Notes: generated from the sequence alone by a model not told the origin. Positions 10,726 through 21,357 are shown, counted from the first letter of the stretch. The stretch: 64,000 nt of DNA from an uncultured candidate division Zixibacteria bacterium (GCA_963664195.1 OY760907.1:3584001-3648000), one strand, 5' to 3'. Translations and numbers: made by a program.

Positions 10726-12402
10726 ATGGCACAGACTACCTCGCACATATCACCGGCTCCACCGTCAGCGTACGAACGTCTCGCAATCGACAAACAGACG
10801 CTGGCCCTCGACGCCCTTTCGCAATTGACCTGGCAGTTTGCCAAACAGCCGGATTTCCATCATCTGATAGATATCCTGCTGCTGACAATTTCGGGGCAGT
10901 TCACTGTGGCTCACGCCTTTGCGTCCGTCCAGGATCCGAGATCATCTGTCGAAAAGTCATACTTCATCGGTACCGGCCGACTCAAAGCGAATGACTTGTT
11001 GAGTGCAATCGGCAAACCGGAAGAGCACGTGGAGTACTTTCTCTCTCATCCAGGCCCTTGCCGTGTCGAGGATATGGATCGCTCCGGCATTGGTGCCGAA
11101 CTGGCCGATACGCTGAGCGACCGCAGGATTATGCTCATAGCCCCGCTGGTCTATGGCAGCCGACTCATCGGAATAGCCGGTCTTGGCGAAAAAGTTACTA
11201 ATACTCCGTTTGAAGATTCAGACATTGACCTGCTTGGAACACTCGCCAATACGGTAACGCCGTTTGTCGCGAATTCGTTTCTGTTCATGGAAATAGCCCA
11301 CCTGAACGCGTGGTATCTGGAGATACTCAACAGTGTCAGACAGGGCGTATACGTGTTTGGTCCTGACAATCGCCTCAAACAGATGAACACCGAAGGGCAG
11401 GCCATCCTGAGCAACACCCTGCCTTATGATATACAGAACCGAAGTGTCCTGGGCTGCTCCATCGAATCCGTTTTCGAAGACAGCGTCTTCCCCGGCTGGA
11501 GCCGTCGCCTCCTGAAGGCCCGCAAAACAGACCGTGTCGCCAGCGCGCACAGTCTCGTGGCCAAGGGCGCCGATACGGAGCGCATCTACAATGTACGTGT
11601 CTCAGTCATGTGCCAGGACGACGACGCGGACCTCGATCTGATCATCACCCTCGACGACATTACCGCACAGAAGGAGAGCGAGCAACGCTTGTTCGACCTT
11701 GAGAAGTTTGCTGACAAAGGCGTCATGGCCTCTTCGATAGCCCATGATCTGAACAACTTCCTCGCCCTTATCATGGGGGGCACGGAACTGGCTCAGATGA
11801 ACCTCAAGCGCGGCAAGATCGAGAAGGTCGAAAGCTCACTTGAGAAACTCAAGAGCAATGCCGGCAAGATGGAACGATTCACGGCAGGCCTGATGGACTA
11901 CACCAGGCTCAACACCAGCAAGGCCCCGAATGATCTCAACACCGTAATCACCGATGTACTGTCGTTCATGACCTCACAGAAGAAGATGCAACGGATAGTG
12001 ATCAACACGGATCTGGCCCAGCGACTGCCGTCGTTTGAAATGGACTCCGATCAAATCGCCCAGTTGATGCTCAATCTGCTCAACAACGCGGCCGATGCTA
12101 TTGCCGAAGCAGACCACGACGAGGGCGTCATCACCGTCTCGACCAGCGGCAACGGAGACAACGTTCGTTTGAGCATTGCGGATAACGGGATCGGGATTGT
12201 CCCGGAGACTCGGGAAAAGATGTTCAAACACCACTTCACGACCAAGAAATCCGGCCACGGCTACGGGCTGGTGACGTGTGGGACTATTATCAGAAACCAT
12301 GGAGTCGAGTTCGATATCGAGTCAGAACAGAATGTCGGCACGACCTTCACATTCGATTTTCCGACGAATTACTCGAAGTCTGAAGAAGACGAATCAGAGT
12401 AG
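10726..12402 (+). CDS. Cytoplasmic GAF/PAS sensor histidine kinase
   Basis: GAF-like LIAPLVYG...LGEK; H-box SIAHDLNN; N-box NLLNNAADA; DNGIG; GHGYGL. Confidence 0.9.
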   Translation: MAQTTSHISPAPPSAYERLAIDKQTLALDALSQLTWQFAKQPDFHHLIDILLLTISGQFTVAHAFASVQDPRSSVEKSYFIGTGRLKANDLLSAIGKPEEHVEYFLSHPGPCRVEDMDRSGIGAELADTLSDRRIMLIAPLVYGSRLIGIAGLGEKVTNTPFEDSDIDLLGTLANTVTPFVANSFLFMEIAHLNAWYLEILNSVRQGVYVFGPDNRLKQMNTEGQAILSNTLPYDIQNRSVLGCSIESVFEDSVFPGWSRRLLKARKTDRVASAHSLVAKGADTERIYNVRVSVMCQDDDADLDLIITLDDITAQKESEQRLFDLEKFADKGVMASSIAHDLNNFLALIMGGTELAQMNLKRGKIEKVESSLEKLKSNAGKMERFTAGLMDYTRLNTSKAPNDLNTVITDVLSFMTSQKKMQRIVINTDLAQRLPSFEMDSDQIAQLMLNLLNNAADAIAEADHDEGVITVSTSGNGDNVRLSIADNGIGIVPETREKMFKHHFTTKKSGHGYGLVTCGTIIRNHGVEFDIESEQNVGTTFTFDFPTNYSKSEEDESE

Positions 12403-12425
12403 TCAGTTTGCCCGGTCAGTGTAGA

Positions 12426-14600
12426 TCACTGGCCGGGATCGTACTTGCGGCTTCTCTTTACCTGAATAACGCCCTTCACTTTCTTGACCTTGTCAATAAC
12501 CTTGATAAGGTGCGACAGGTTAAGCACTTCAATCGCGAACTTGCCCACAGCAGTTGAGTCACCCGGCTGGATTTCCGCGCCGCAGACGTTGGTATCGGCA
12601 TCGGCAATAACCTGTGTGATGTCGCGAAGCATCCCCTTGCGATCTTCCACGACGATCTCGAGTTGCACCACAAACGACTGATCACCACTCGCATCCCAGG
12701 TTGCCGCGATCTTTCTCTCCGGCTCACGGTTGGCAATCTCAATGGCAAGTTTGCACTCAGCATGGTGAATGGTCACTCCGCGTCCCCTCGTGATGAAACC
12801 GATAATCTCCTCGCCCGGAACCGGTTGGCAGCAACCGGCAAATCGAAACATCATGTTGTCCAGTCCCTGAACGCGAATGCCCTTGGATCCACGAATCCGA
12901 TCCATCACCCGGCCGACCAGACCGACCGTATCCTTCTTTGGCTCGGGCGCGATGAGACTGACAAGTTGCTGCGATGACTGCGATCCGTTGCCTATCGCGG
13001 CAAACAAGTCTTCAACGGTTTTGCGATTAAGCCGTTCCGCGAATCCCTGAAGAGCATCGTCTTTGGGCAGCGCGACACGCAGTTCCTTGAGTTTACGCTC
13101 GACAATCTCTCTACCGAGGCTCACCGATTGTTCGAAGCCAGACTGTTTGAGCCAGCGGCGTATTCGCGACCTTGCGGAGGACGTCTGCACGAGTTTGAGC
13201 CAGTCATGCGAGGGCGTTCGATTCGGGTTGGTGATGATCTCCACCCGATCACCTGACTTGAGCTTGGTCGATAGCGGCTGCAAGCGGGCGTTGATCTTGG
13301 CGCCGGCGCAATGCAGACCAACCTCGGTGTGAATCTGGAAGGCAAAGTCAAGCGGTGTAGCCCCGGCAGGCAGGTGAATCAGCTTTCCGTTCGGCGTATA
13401 CACGAAGATATCATCAGAGTACAGGTCCATCTTCAGATACTCCATGAACTCCGCCGGATTGGTCATGTCTTTCACCGATTCCAGAACGTCGCGAATCCAG
13501 ATCATCTGCTGGTCATCACGATCCATCTGCTGGCGGCCTTCCTTGTACAGCCAGTGAGCAGCAATACCGTTTTCCGCGAAGTAATGCATCTGATGAGTAC
13601 GGATCTGAATCTCGACAAGTTTGTTCTGAGGCCCGATGACAGTGGTATGCAGAGAGCGATACCCGTTGGGCTTCGGGTTGGCGATGTAATCGTGGAAACG
13701 ATGCGAAACAGGTTTCCACATGGCGTGAATGATGCCCATCGAATGATAGCATTCACGTTCAGTGTTGACCAACACCCGGATTGCCAGCAAGTCGTAGATT
13801 TGCTCGAAAGGCACCTTGCGGATTACAATCTTCCGGTAGATCGATTCGAGGTGCTTCGCCCGTCCGTAGACGGTTGCAAGGATATTGTCGCCCGCAAGCG
13901 CTTCTTTCAGCGGTTTGACGACCTCACGGATATACGATTCCCGCTCGACCTTCTTTTCTTTGACCGCCTTCACCAACTCCATGTAGACATCTGGCTGAAG
14001 ATGTTTCAGCGAGAGGTCTTCAAGCTCCACCTTGGCCTTGTTGATACCGAGGCGATGTGCCAGCGGGCAGTAGACATCCCGGGTTTCCTGTGCGATTCGT
14101 TTACGTTTCTCCGGCGGAAGATGATCAAGAGTACGCATGTTGTGAACGCGGTCGGACAGCTTGATGAGGATTACGCGTATATCCTTGGCCATTGAGAGCA
14201 GCATCTTGCGAAAATACTCCGCCTGCTGCTCTTCAAACGAGTTGAATTGCACCGCACTGATTTTGGTAACGCCGTCAACCAGTTCGGCGATCTCGTCACT
14301 GAACTCAGTACGAATATCCTCGAGGGTGTACTTGGTATCCTCGACCACATCATGGAGTAAACCGGCAGCGAGTGTCGTTGTGTCCATGTGGAATTCGGCG
14401 AGGATCAGGGCAACCTCATGGCAGTGTTCGATGAACGGTTCACCGGAGGAGCGTTTCTGGCCCTCGTGAGCCTTATCAGAGAACTCGTACGCCTTACGGA
14501 GCAGAGAGATGTCGACATTCGAGTTGTACGACTCGATATGTATGATGAACTGCGCCAGATTCAGGCGAACCTGCTGGCTGCTACTTGTTACTGCTTTCAT
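12426..14600 (-). CDS. relA: Bifunctional (p)ppGpp synthetase/hydrolase (RelA/SpoT family)
   Basis: LLHDVVED HD motif, KLSDRVHNMRTL, GRAKH, NGYRSLHT, EIQIRT, TGS and ACT domains. Confidence 0.95.
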   Translation of the reverse strand: MKAVTSSSQQVRLNLAQFIIHIESYNSNVDISLLRKAYEFSDKAHEGQKRSSGEPFIEHCHEVALILAEFHMDTTTLAAGLLHDVVEDTKYTLEDIRTEFSDEIAELVDGVTKISAVQFNSFEEQQAEYFRKMLLSMAKDIRVILIKLSDRVHNMRTLDHLPPEKRKRIAQETRDVYCPLAHRLGINKAKVELEDLSLKHLQPDVYMELVKAVKEKKVERESYIREVVKPLKEALAGDNILATVYGRAKHLESIYRKIVIRKVPFEQIYDLLAIRVLVNTERECYHSMGIIHAMWKPVSHRFHDYIANPKPNGYRSLHTTVIGPQNKLVEIQIRTHQMHYFAENGIAAHWLYKEGRQQMDRDDQQMIWIRDVLESVKDMTNPAEFMEYLKMDLYSDDIFVYTPNGKLIHLPAGATPLDFAFQIHTEVGLHCAGAKINARLQPLSTKLKSGDRVEIITNPNRTPSHDWLKLVQTSSARSRIRRWLKQSGFEQSVSLGREIVERKLKELRVALPKDDALQGFAERLNRKTVEDLFAAIGNGSQSSQQLVSLIAPEPKKDTVGLVGRVMDRIRGSKGIRVQGLDNMMFRFAGCCQPVPGEEIIGFITRGRGVTIHHAECKLAIEIANREPERKIAATWDASGDQSFVVQLEIVVEDRKGMLRDITQVIADADTNVCGAEIQPGDSTAVGKFAIEVLNLSHLIKVIDKVKKVKGVIQVKRSRKYDPGQ

Positions 14601-15621
14601 ACACTTTTCCTACCGCCCCGGCCACGGATTCCACAGAGATAGTATTCATACATCGGCACTGCTTCTGGGGACACTTGCACTCTACGCCGGTTGGCTGAAT
14701 TACCTCGTGCCCTTTGCCGACCGGCCCCCAGCGAACCGGTGACATGATCCTGCGGCCCGGATATAGCCCCACGACCTTTGTTCCTACTGCCACTGCAAGA
14801 TGAAGCGGGCCAGTAGAATTGGCAACTACAACTGATGCCTGCGACAGTACCGCTCCCAGCGTGCGTAGATCGGTGTCACCCGCGATGCAGTTGACCTTGA
14901 CGCCGGCCTTTCCGGCGGCCTCGCGAATCACCTTTCCTTCAGCCTCGGAGCCTGTGACAACCACCTGGTGTCCCGCCCCCTCCAGCAGGGGAATCAATTC
15001 CATGAAGTTTTCCATCGGCCAACGCTCCGCGGAACCGCCGGAGCCTGGATGGACAACCACGCATGATTTCTCCGCCCCGGCGTCGCGGAGGACTCGCCGA
15101 GCATACGTCAGCTCCTTATCAGTCGGGTAAACGGTCGGCATCGTCACCGTATCGCCGTCGACGAAATACCGCAGGAAATCCAGATTGTAGGCCGACTCAT
15201 GTTTCCTGTTGGCCTTGCGACTGTGCCTCAGACGATGCGTGAAAAACACCGAATGAAAACGGCCAGCGGTTCCCAGACGAAACGGTATTCCTGTCCGATG
15301 AAATACCCGGCAAATGTTCCTCTCTGGAAACAGTGCCACTGCAACGCTATAACCGGCCATCTTTATTTTCCGTTCCAGGTCCTTGCGATATCGTGCATTG
15401 GAGATCAATTGGTCGTTCTGAACACGAACGATGCCATCTATTCGCGGATTGTTCTCGAGTATCGGCGAGGCATACAACGATGCCAGTACATCCACTTTGC
15501 AGTCGGGATATCTTGCCTTCAATGTCTCAACAAACGGAAGAGCCAAAATCAGGTCTCCGAGACGGTCCGACCTGCTGACAAGTATGCGATCACCAGATTG
15601 TATATCTAAAACGTTGTTCAT
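14581..15621 (-). CDS. Glycosyltransferase family 9 (heptosyltransferase-like)
   Basis: RSDRLGDLIL, HPGSGGSAERWP, NSTGPLHLA. Confidence 0.9.
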   Translation of the reverse strand: MNNVLDIQSGDRILVSRSDRLGDLILALPFVETLKARYPDCKVDVLASLYASPILENNPRIDGIVRVQNDQLISNARYRKDLERKIKMAGYSVAVALFPERNICRVFHRTGIPFRLGTAGRFHSVFFTHRLRHSRKANRKHESAYNLDFLRYFVDGDTVTMPTVYPTDKELTYARRVLRDAGAEKSCVVVHPGSGGSAERWPMENFMELIPLLEGAGHQVVVTGSEAEGKVIREAAGKAGVKVNCIAGDTDLRTLGAVLSQASVVVANSTGPLHLAVAVGTKVVGLYPGRRIMSPVRWGPVGKGHEVIQPTGVECKCPQKQCRCMNTISVESVAGAVGKVYESSNK

Positions 15622-16391
15622 CCAGGTAGTGCCCTTCCACTATTCTCTCTGCGCGCCAGATCACGGGTCTTGGCGTACTTCACCATAACGTAGCAGGCCG
15701 AGAGGATCGCGAGTAACAACCCCTCCAGACCGTCGAGAAATCCCCCCTTCACAACATATTGCTTCACGAACTTCACAAGGGGATTGATAACCACGTGACG
15801 CACTCCCACTTTGCGGCCATTCTGATGCGCCTCACGCGCCGCCAGGGAGGTGTAGCGATTGAACTTCCGAAAGTAATCGTCGAGTGACGGATAACAATAG
15901 TGCAGAAGATCGTGTCTGAGACGACCGGTCTCGCCGTCGAGAACAACTTTTTCATGCACCAGCGCCTCGTCGAAGTTTCCCCGGTCCTTCCTGAACAGAC
16001 GCAGCACAGGATCAGGATACCAGCCGGAGTGCATTATCCACCGTCCCAGAAATTCAGTGCGACGCGGGATGTAATATCCTGCCACACTGGTTGAGTCGCG
16101 GACGGCGTTCTGGATCTCTTCTGCCAGTGCAGAGCTGACTTCCTCGTCGGCATCGATGGATAAAACCCAATCCCCGTTTGCCGCCGAGACCCCTTCGCGC
16201 TTGGAGAGTCCGAATCCACGCCATTCAGTCTCGCATACTCTGGCGCCATACTCGCGGGCGATGTCAAGCGTCCGGTCGGTGGAACCGCTGTCGACAATCA
16301 CGATCTCATCGGCAAACTTCACCGAGGCGAGACAACGGGGCAGGTTTTCTTCTTCGTTGCGCGTGATGATCACCGCTGAGAGCTTACTCAT
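15618..16391 (-). CDS. Glycosyltransferase family 2 (WaaE/KdtX-like LPS glucosyltransferase)
   Basis: IITRNEE, VDSGSTD, IDADE, YPD..LRLF, VHE, GFLDG. Confidence 0.9.
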   Translation of the reverse strand: MSKLSAVIITRNEEENLPRCLASVKFADEIVIVDSGSTDRTLDIAREYGARVCETEWRGFGLSKREGVSAANGDWVLSIDADEEVSSALAEEIQNAVRDSTSVAGYYIPRRTEFLGRWIMHSGWYPDPVLRLFRKDRGNFDEALVHEKVVLDGETGRLRHDLLHYCYPSLDDYFRKFNRYTSLAAREAHQNGRKVGVRHVVINPLVKFVKQYVVKGGFLDGLEGLLLAILSACYVMVKYAKTRDLARRENSGRALPG

Positions 16392-17491
16392 GAAGTCACC
16401 TGCCGTCTCTGATCAAGTATCTGTACCACGCGTTCAAAGACTTCCTCTGGGGTGATGTCGAAGATGTGGCCGTCGTGATTGGAGACCACCGCCCCCTCCT
16501 CCTGCTCAAACGGCCGCCACCGCTGGAAGTTTTTCTTTGCACTGCAATACAACCCGACAACCGGGATATGGAACGAACGCGCTATGTGAATCAACGACGT
16601 GTCCGGCGATATGAGCAGATCAAGTTTGGAGATCAACGCACTCACCTCCATGAGATTCAGATCCGGAGGCACGTGGCTCACCGAGCCGTCAAGCTTCGCA
16701 AGTAACGTCTCCCCCCGCTCACGGTCGGCCGGAGCGGTGATGAGGACGAGTTGCGTCTTATCATCTCTTGCCAGCAGTTGCTGCGAGAGTCGCTCGGTCT
16801 TCTCCGCCGGCCAGATGCGGGTTGGGTTGCCGGCAGAGAGGTTGAATCCGATTCTCAGGCCGGAACCGAGAGCTTTGATATAACCGTGAACTTTCGCCTG
16901 CGCCTCGGCAGACACATACGGCGGCGCATAGCCGCTGGCGTTCCCGGTATCAATCCCGAACGGTTCCAGGAGTCTGAGCGTGTTCTCGATAATGTGACCG
17001 CCAACACCGTCGGCGTGCAGGTAGTTGTAATCGTAGAATTCGTCGTATCTTGTCTTACCTATGCCAACTGTCGGTTTCCCCGGTGCGGCCAACTGCGACA
17101 TGAACAGCGTAGTCACAGAATCGTCGTTGATCATATCGAGCACGCAGTCGTATCTCTCTCGTCGAATCGCCCGAAGCATCCGAAAGTCTCTCAGCAGATT
17201 CTTGCGGTACAGAAATATCTTGCTGAAACGGGGATCGTCCTTGATTACGGCATAGTTGCGAGGCGACCCTACCAGACCAATCTCCAGATGCGGGAACTGC
17301 TTTTTCAGGGCGTCAAAGACCGGAAACGATATAACCATGTCGCCTATCTTCTCGGGACGGAGGAAAAGCACCTTGCGCATTGACCTGCCATCAAGTGTGG
17401 CATTTGCACCACGCCGTCTCCTGAGACTCGGCGCAAACAAGCGAAACAAGAACGCCTTGAATTGGTGCTCGGCAGCCTTCAGCTTACGCAT
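16388..17491 (-). CDS. Glycosyltransferase family 9
   Basis: EKIGDMVI and SPDTSLIHIA motifs; start placed at ATG 17491 overlapping the upstream stop. Confidence 0.88.
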   Translation of the reverse strand: MRKLKAAEHQFKAFLFRLFAPSLRRRRGANATLDGRSMRKVLFLRPEKIGDMVISFPVFDALKKQFPHLEIGLVGSPRNYAVIKDDPRFSKIFLYRKNLLRDFRMLRAIRRERYDCVLDMINDDSVTTLFMSQLAAPGKPTVGIGKTRYDEFYDYNYLHADGVGGHIIENTLRLLEPFGIDTGNASGYAPPYVSAEAQAKVHGYIKALGSGLRIGFNLSAGNPTRIWPAEKTERLSQQLLARDDKTQLVLITAPADRERGETLLAKLDGSVSHVPPDLNLMEVSALISKLDLLISPDTSLIHIARSFHIPVVGLYCSAKKNFQRWRPFEQEEGAVVSNHDGHIFDITPEEVFERVVQILDQRRQVTS

Positions 17492-18608
17492 GGACGTTCT
17501 CCCCGGCAACCACAGACTGCAGATACGATTCAACATGGTTAATCATGACGTCGTAAGAAAACTCGCCTTGCCAGCGCGCCCGGGCCGCCTTGCCATATTC
17601 CGCCATCCGATCCTGACTGCTCAAGAGGTGAATTGCGGCGGTCGCAAACTCGTGGGCTTTCTCCGGCTCAACGAGCAGCGCGGTCTCTCCTTCGCGAACA
17701 ACTTCGGGTATCCCGTCCACTCTTGTAGCCACCGCCGCCAATCCGGCCCGCATCCCCTCGGCGAGGACAATTCCGAACGGCTCGATGATAGCAGGATGCA
17801 GCATGATGTCTGACCCGGCCAGCTCCAATTCAAAATCATCGAGCAGTCCGGCGAACACGAAGCGCTCTGTCAGGTTGGACGCCGCAATTTGCTCGCGCAA
17901 GGTCTGTTCGAGCGGGCCGTCACCCAACAACAGGAAGCGAACGGTCGAGAATCTCGCAACTATCTCCGAGGCAGCCTCGACCAGGTACTTGTGCCCTTTT
18001 TGACGCACGAAGCGACCTGAAGTCACGGCAATAATCGAATCCTGCGGCAGAGCGTACTTGCGACACAGTTCAGCTTTGGCCTCGGCTCGCGAAATCTTCA
18101 GTTTCGTATCAGCAATACCGGTCGGAATGACTTCCACCAGCGACTCAGGAATGTATCCGAGCTTCGTAATCTGCGCTTTGAGTGAACGCGAAGGCGTAAT
18201 AACACCATCGATCAATTTGGGCGTGAGAAAGCGATGCACGAACGTATCGCGGGTGAGATTCACTCCGACTCGCCAGACGATCCTGGCACTGCCACCCAGT
18301 TTGGAGGCTAGCCCCCCGAGGCGGATATCTTTGTTGAAATTGACTACGGTGATGTCGATCTTCCGCCGGCTCAGCTCTTTTTTGATCCTGGCTATCGTGA
18401 CGGGATTGATGTCACTGGAAATGTCCAACTCAATCGTATCGCACGAAGGTTCGGCCAGTTTCGTGCGGCGCAGGAACTCGGAATCGGGTCGTCCGATGGC
18501 GCTGATACGGTGACCTCGCCCGACAAGTCCGCAACTCACCATGCCGATCCAGTGTTCGACCCCGCCGTAGACGTCGGCAGCGATGGAGTTCAAGAACATC
18601 ACGTTCAT
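17484..18608 (-). CDS. Glycosyltransferase family 4
   Basis: GGVEHW, GRFVRQKGH, EPFGIVLAEGM. Confidence 0.92.
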   Translation of the reverse strand: MNVMFLNSIAADVYGGVEHWIGMVSCGLVGRGHRISAIGRPDSEFLRRTKLAEPSCDTIELDISSDINPVTIARIKKELSRRKIDITVVNFNKDIRLGGLASKLGGSARIVWRVGVNLTRDTFVHRFLTPKLIDGVITPSRSLKAQITKLGYIPESLVEVIPTGIADTKLKISRAEAKAELCRKYALPQDSIIAVTSGRFVRQKGHKYLVEAASEIVARFSTVRFLLLGDGPLEQTLREQIAASNLTERFVFAGLLDDFELELAGSDIMLHPAIIEPFGIVLAEGMRAGLAAVATRVDGIPEVVREGETALLVEPEKAHEFATAAIHLLSSQDRMAEYGKAARARWQGEFSYDVMINHVESYLQSVVAGENVHA

Positions 18609-20506
18609 CTGTCGTTCCTGAACTGCATCATGTAGAGTCGTTTGTAAAGGCCGTCCTGTTCCATCAACTCGTCGTGGGATCCGGACTGTACGATTTTGCC
18701 CCCGTCGAGAACGAGAATACGATTCGCGTTTTTGATAGTCGACAACCGGTGTGCGATCACCAACGTGGTCCGGTTGTGCATCAAGCGGTCGATCGCTTCC
18801 TGCACCAGAGCTTCGGATTCGGTATCAAGCGCCGACGTGGCCTCGTCGAATACGAGTACCCGGGGGTTCTTGAGCAGAGCGCGGGCAATGGCGATTCGCT
18901 GACGCTGCCCGCCCGACAGCATGATACCGCGATTTCCGACCAGCGTATCGTAACCTTCTTCAAACTCGGATATGAAATCGTGCGCGTTGGCCATACGGGC
19001 AGCCTCTTCGATACTGCTCGAAGCCGTGCCGTTCTGTCCGTAGGCGATATTGTGCCCTATGGTGTCATTGAACAGGTACGTTTCCTGTGTGACGATCCCC
19101 ATCAGGTTCCTGAGCGACGGCAGTGACAATTCGCGAATGTCAGTACCGTCGATACGAATAGTCCCGCCCTGCGGATCATAGAACCTCGGGAGTAAATCGA
19201 GCAGCGTAGACTTGCCCGCGCCCGAGGGACCGACAATTGCCACGACCTCGCCGTGCTTCACCGTGAACGACAGGTCCTTGAGAACCGGTTCGTTTTCTAT
19301 GTAGGAGAAGTCAACCGAATCGTATTCGATAACGTCTTTGAATGTCTCAATAGTCTTGGCATTCGGGGCCTCGACGATTTTCTCGTCGGCGTCCATCACC
19401 CGGAAGATGCGTTCGGACGCGGCCATGCCTTCCTGCAGTTTGACGTGAATCTGGCTGAGGGATTTCACCGGTTTGATCATCGAAAACATCAAAATCAAGT
19501 ACGTGATAAAATCACCGGCGTCCAGTTTGCCCGTACCGGCCATGATCTGCGTACCGGCGTAAAAGAGAATCGCCATTCCTGAGAACATCGCCAGCATATC
19601 GTTAATGGGCGAGGAAAGATGTCTGATCCGGACCATCCGCACCAGCGACTTGAAATACTCGTATGTCGACTGAAAGAATTTCTTTGACTCAAAATCCTCC
19701 ATTGAGAAGGCTTTGACGATACGGACGTTGTTGACCGCTTCTTCGAGCACAGAGTTGACATCAGCCATGCGCCGTTGAGCACGCTCTGAGTATTTGCGCA
19801 TCTTTTTTCCGATGAACCAGATGAATCCAAATACGGCTGGCATAACCAGAGCTGCTAGGAGCGTCAATTCCCAACTGATGATGATCAGGGAACCGGCCAG
19901 CACGAACAGCATCACGCTATCGGTGACAAGCCGGTTGAAACCGATGTCTATCGATTCGTTCAGCACGACAACATCGTTGGTGACTCGCGAGATAATCTCC
20001 CCGGTGCGACGAGCATGGAAATAATCAAGCGACAGTCGCTGATACTTCTCAAACAGCTTGTTGCGGAAAGCTCGCACCACGGATTGCTGCACCCAGACCA
20101 TGAACCAGCCCTGAATATAGTAGAACACGTTTTTGATCAGAGCGACAATCAGAATCAAACCACAGAAGTTGAAAAGTGTGTCGGTTCGATCTTTCCCCTG
20201 AACAAGTTCGTCGATCCAATCTTTGAAAGTATTCTTGATCGCATACAGGCCGCCGGCGGCGTCCTCGACAACACCACCGATTTCTCCGGCAACACCGGGG
20301 ACTTGCGTTGCGTGCTGTTCGACTTCAACGGGAGCGGTGCCCATAATATCGGACGTATTCACCTGGAAAAGCGTCATCAGCAACGGGCCGATCATCCATA
20401 TCAGGAGACCGTCGAAAACGGCATGTATCGCCGCCGAGGACGAGGCAGTCACCAGATGTTTCCAGTACGGCTTAATCGCCGAAAATGTGCGGGCGTATAT
20501 GTTCAA
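18605..20506 (-). CDS. msbA: MsbA-like lipid A flippase ABC transporter
   Basis: TM domain, GPSGAGKST, LSGGQRQR, DEATSALD; heads an LPS operon. Confidence 0.85.
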   Translation of the reverse strand: MNIYARTFSAIKPYWKHLVTASSSAAIHAVFDGLLIWMIGPLLMTLFQVNTSDIMGTAPVEVEQHATQVPGVAGEIGGVVEDAAGGLYAIKNTFKDWIDELVQGKDRTDTLFNFCGLILIVALIKNVFYYIQGWFMVWVQQSVVRAFRNKLFEKYQRLSLDYFHARRTGEIISRVTNDVVVLNESIDIGFNRLVTDSVMLFVLAGSLIIISWELTLLAALVMPAVFGFIWFIGKKMRKYSERAQRRMADVNSVLEEAVNNVRIVKAFSMEDFESKKFFQSTYEYFKSLVRMVRIRHLSSPINDMLAMFSGMAILFYAGTQIMAGTGKLDAGDFITYLILMFSMIKPVKSLSQIHVKLQEGMAASERIFRVMDADEKIVEAPNAKTIETFKDVIEYDSVDFSYIENEPVLKDLSFTVKHGEVVAIVGPSGAGKSTLLDLLPRFYDPQGGTIRIDGTDIRELSLPSLRNLMGIVTQETYLFNDTIGHNIAYGQNGTASSSIEEAARMANAHDFISEFEEGYDTLVGNRGIMLSGGQRQRIAIARALLKNPRVLVFDEATSALDTESEALVQEAIDRLMHNRTTLVIAHRLSTIKNANRILVLDGGKIVQSGSHDELMEQDGLYKRLYMMQFRNDR

Positions 20507-20586
20507 GCGCGAGCTCCAAATTCTGGTATAATCTTATAAGATGCTTAATAGCAGACGGGTTGTCAACGACTCTAAGTTGTGGGTCC

Positions 20587-21357
20587 TCAGGGGGTTAGCC
20601 GAACAGCATCCGGCGGGAGAACGACCTCGAATCGTTTTCGCTTGATTTTGGCCGAGTCACGGTACTTTTCGCGTTGTCCACGTAGGACAGTTCCCTGACC
20701 GTCAGTGAACCGAAAACTGCGGATTCTGAAGCCGGGATCGCGTCGGTCATAGGTGACCGTGATCTTCCACGGACAGCCCTCAGCCGAAATGATATACTTC
20801 GGACGATCGGCGTTTTCATAATCCGACACCACAGTGATTCCGTCGGAGAGTTTCACGTGCTCTGGAAGATTATAGAACAGAGAAATGATATCGATTTCAG
20901 ACAACGGGAACGGACAATCCGACCCGGCCACGAGATCGTCTAGAGCTTCGCAAACGTACTCCTTGCTGGAGGGGAAAAAGACCTCCAGTGAATCCGAAGT
21001 CACTCGTCCCTTGAGGGCGCCCCTGCCGAGATAGCCTCGTCCGGAGAGACCCAGCATCGAATCAGTCTGATAGATTTCGAGCTTGAACGTGGTCGGTTTG
21101 CCGTCGCGTTTGAGTCGAGCGTTGAAGGAATAGGCCTCGACTTCTATTGTCTCATCCAATCGCTGTTGGACCGATTCTTCAACAATCACTCCGCTGTGAG
21201 GAGTGCCACAGCCAGAGAACATCGCACCGATTACGAGCATCAACACCGCAAGTAGGTCGAGACTACTGCGGTTTCGACATTCGTGACGGGTCCGGAGACG
21301 ACCACTCGTGGCGTTGACCCGCCCTACAGTGCTGGGTGATAGCGATGACCGGTACAT
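20587..21357 (-). CDS. Hypothetical lipoprotein (start uncertain)
   Basis: Hydrophobic stretch ending in lipobox-like FSGC, followed by a beta-rich domain. Confidence 0.6.
   Translation of the reverse strand: MYRSSLSPSTVGRVNATSGRLRTRHECRNRSSLDLLAVLMLVIGAMFSGCGTPHSGVIVEESVQQRLDETIEVEAYSFNARLKRDGKPTTFKLEIYQTDSMLGLSGRGYLGRGALKGRVTSDSLEVFFPSSKEYVCEALDDLVAGSDCPFPLSEIDIISLFYNLPEHVKLSDGITVVSDYENADRPKYIISAEGCPWKITVTYDRRDPGFRIRSFRFTDGQGTVLRGQREKYRDSAKIKRKRFEVVLPPDAVRLTP

Noticed and set aside
13311..14195. 294-aa plus-strand ORF
   Set aside because: Antisense shadow of relA.
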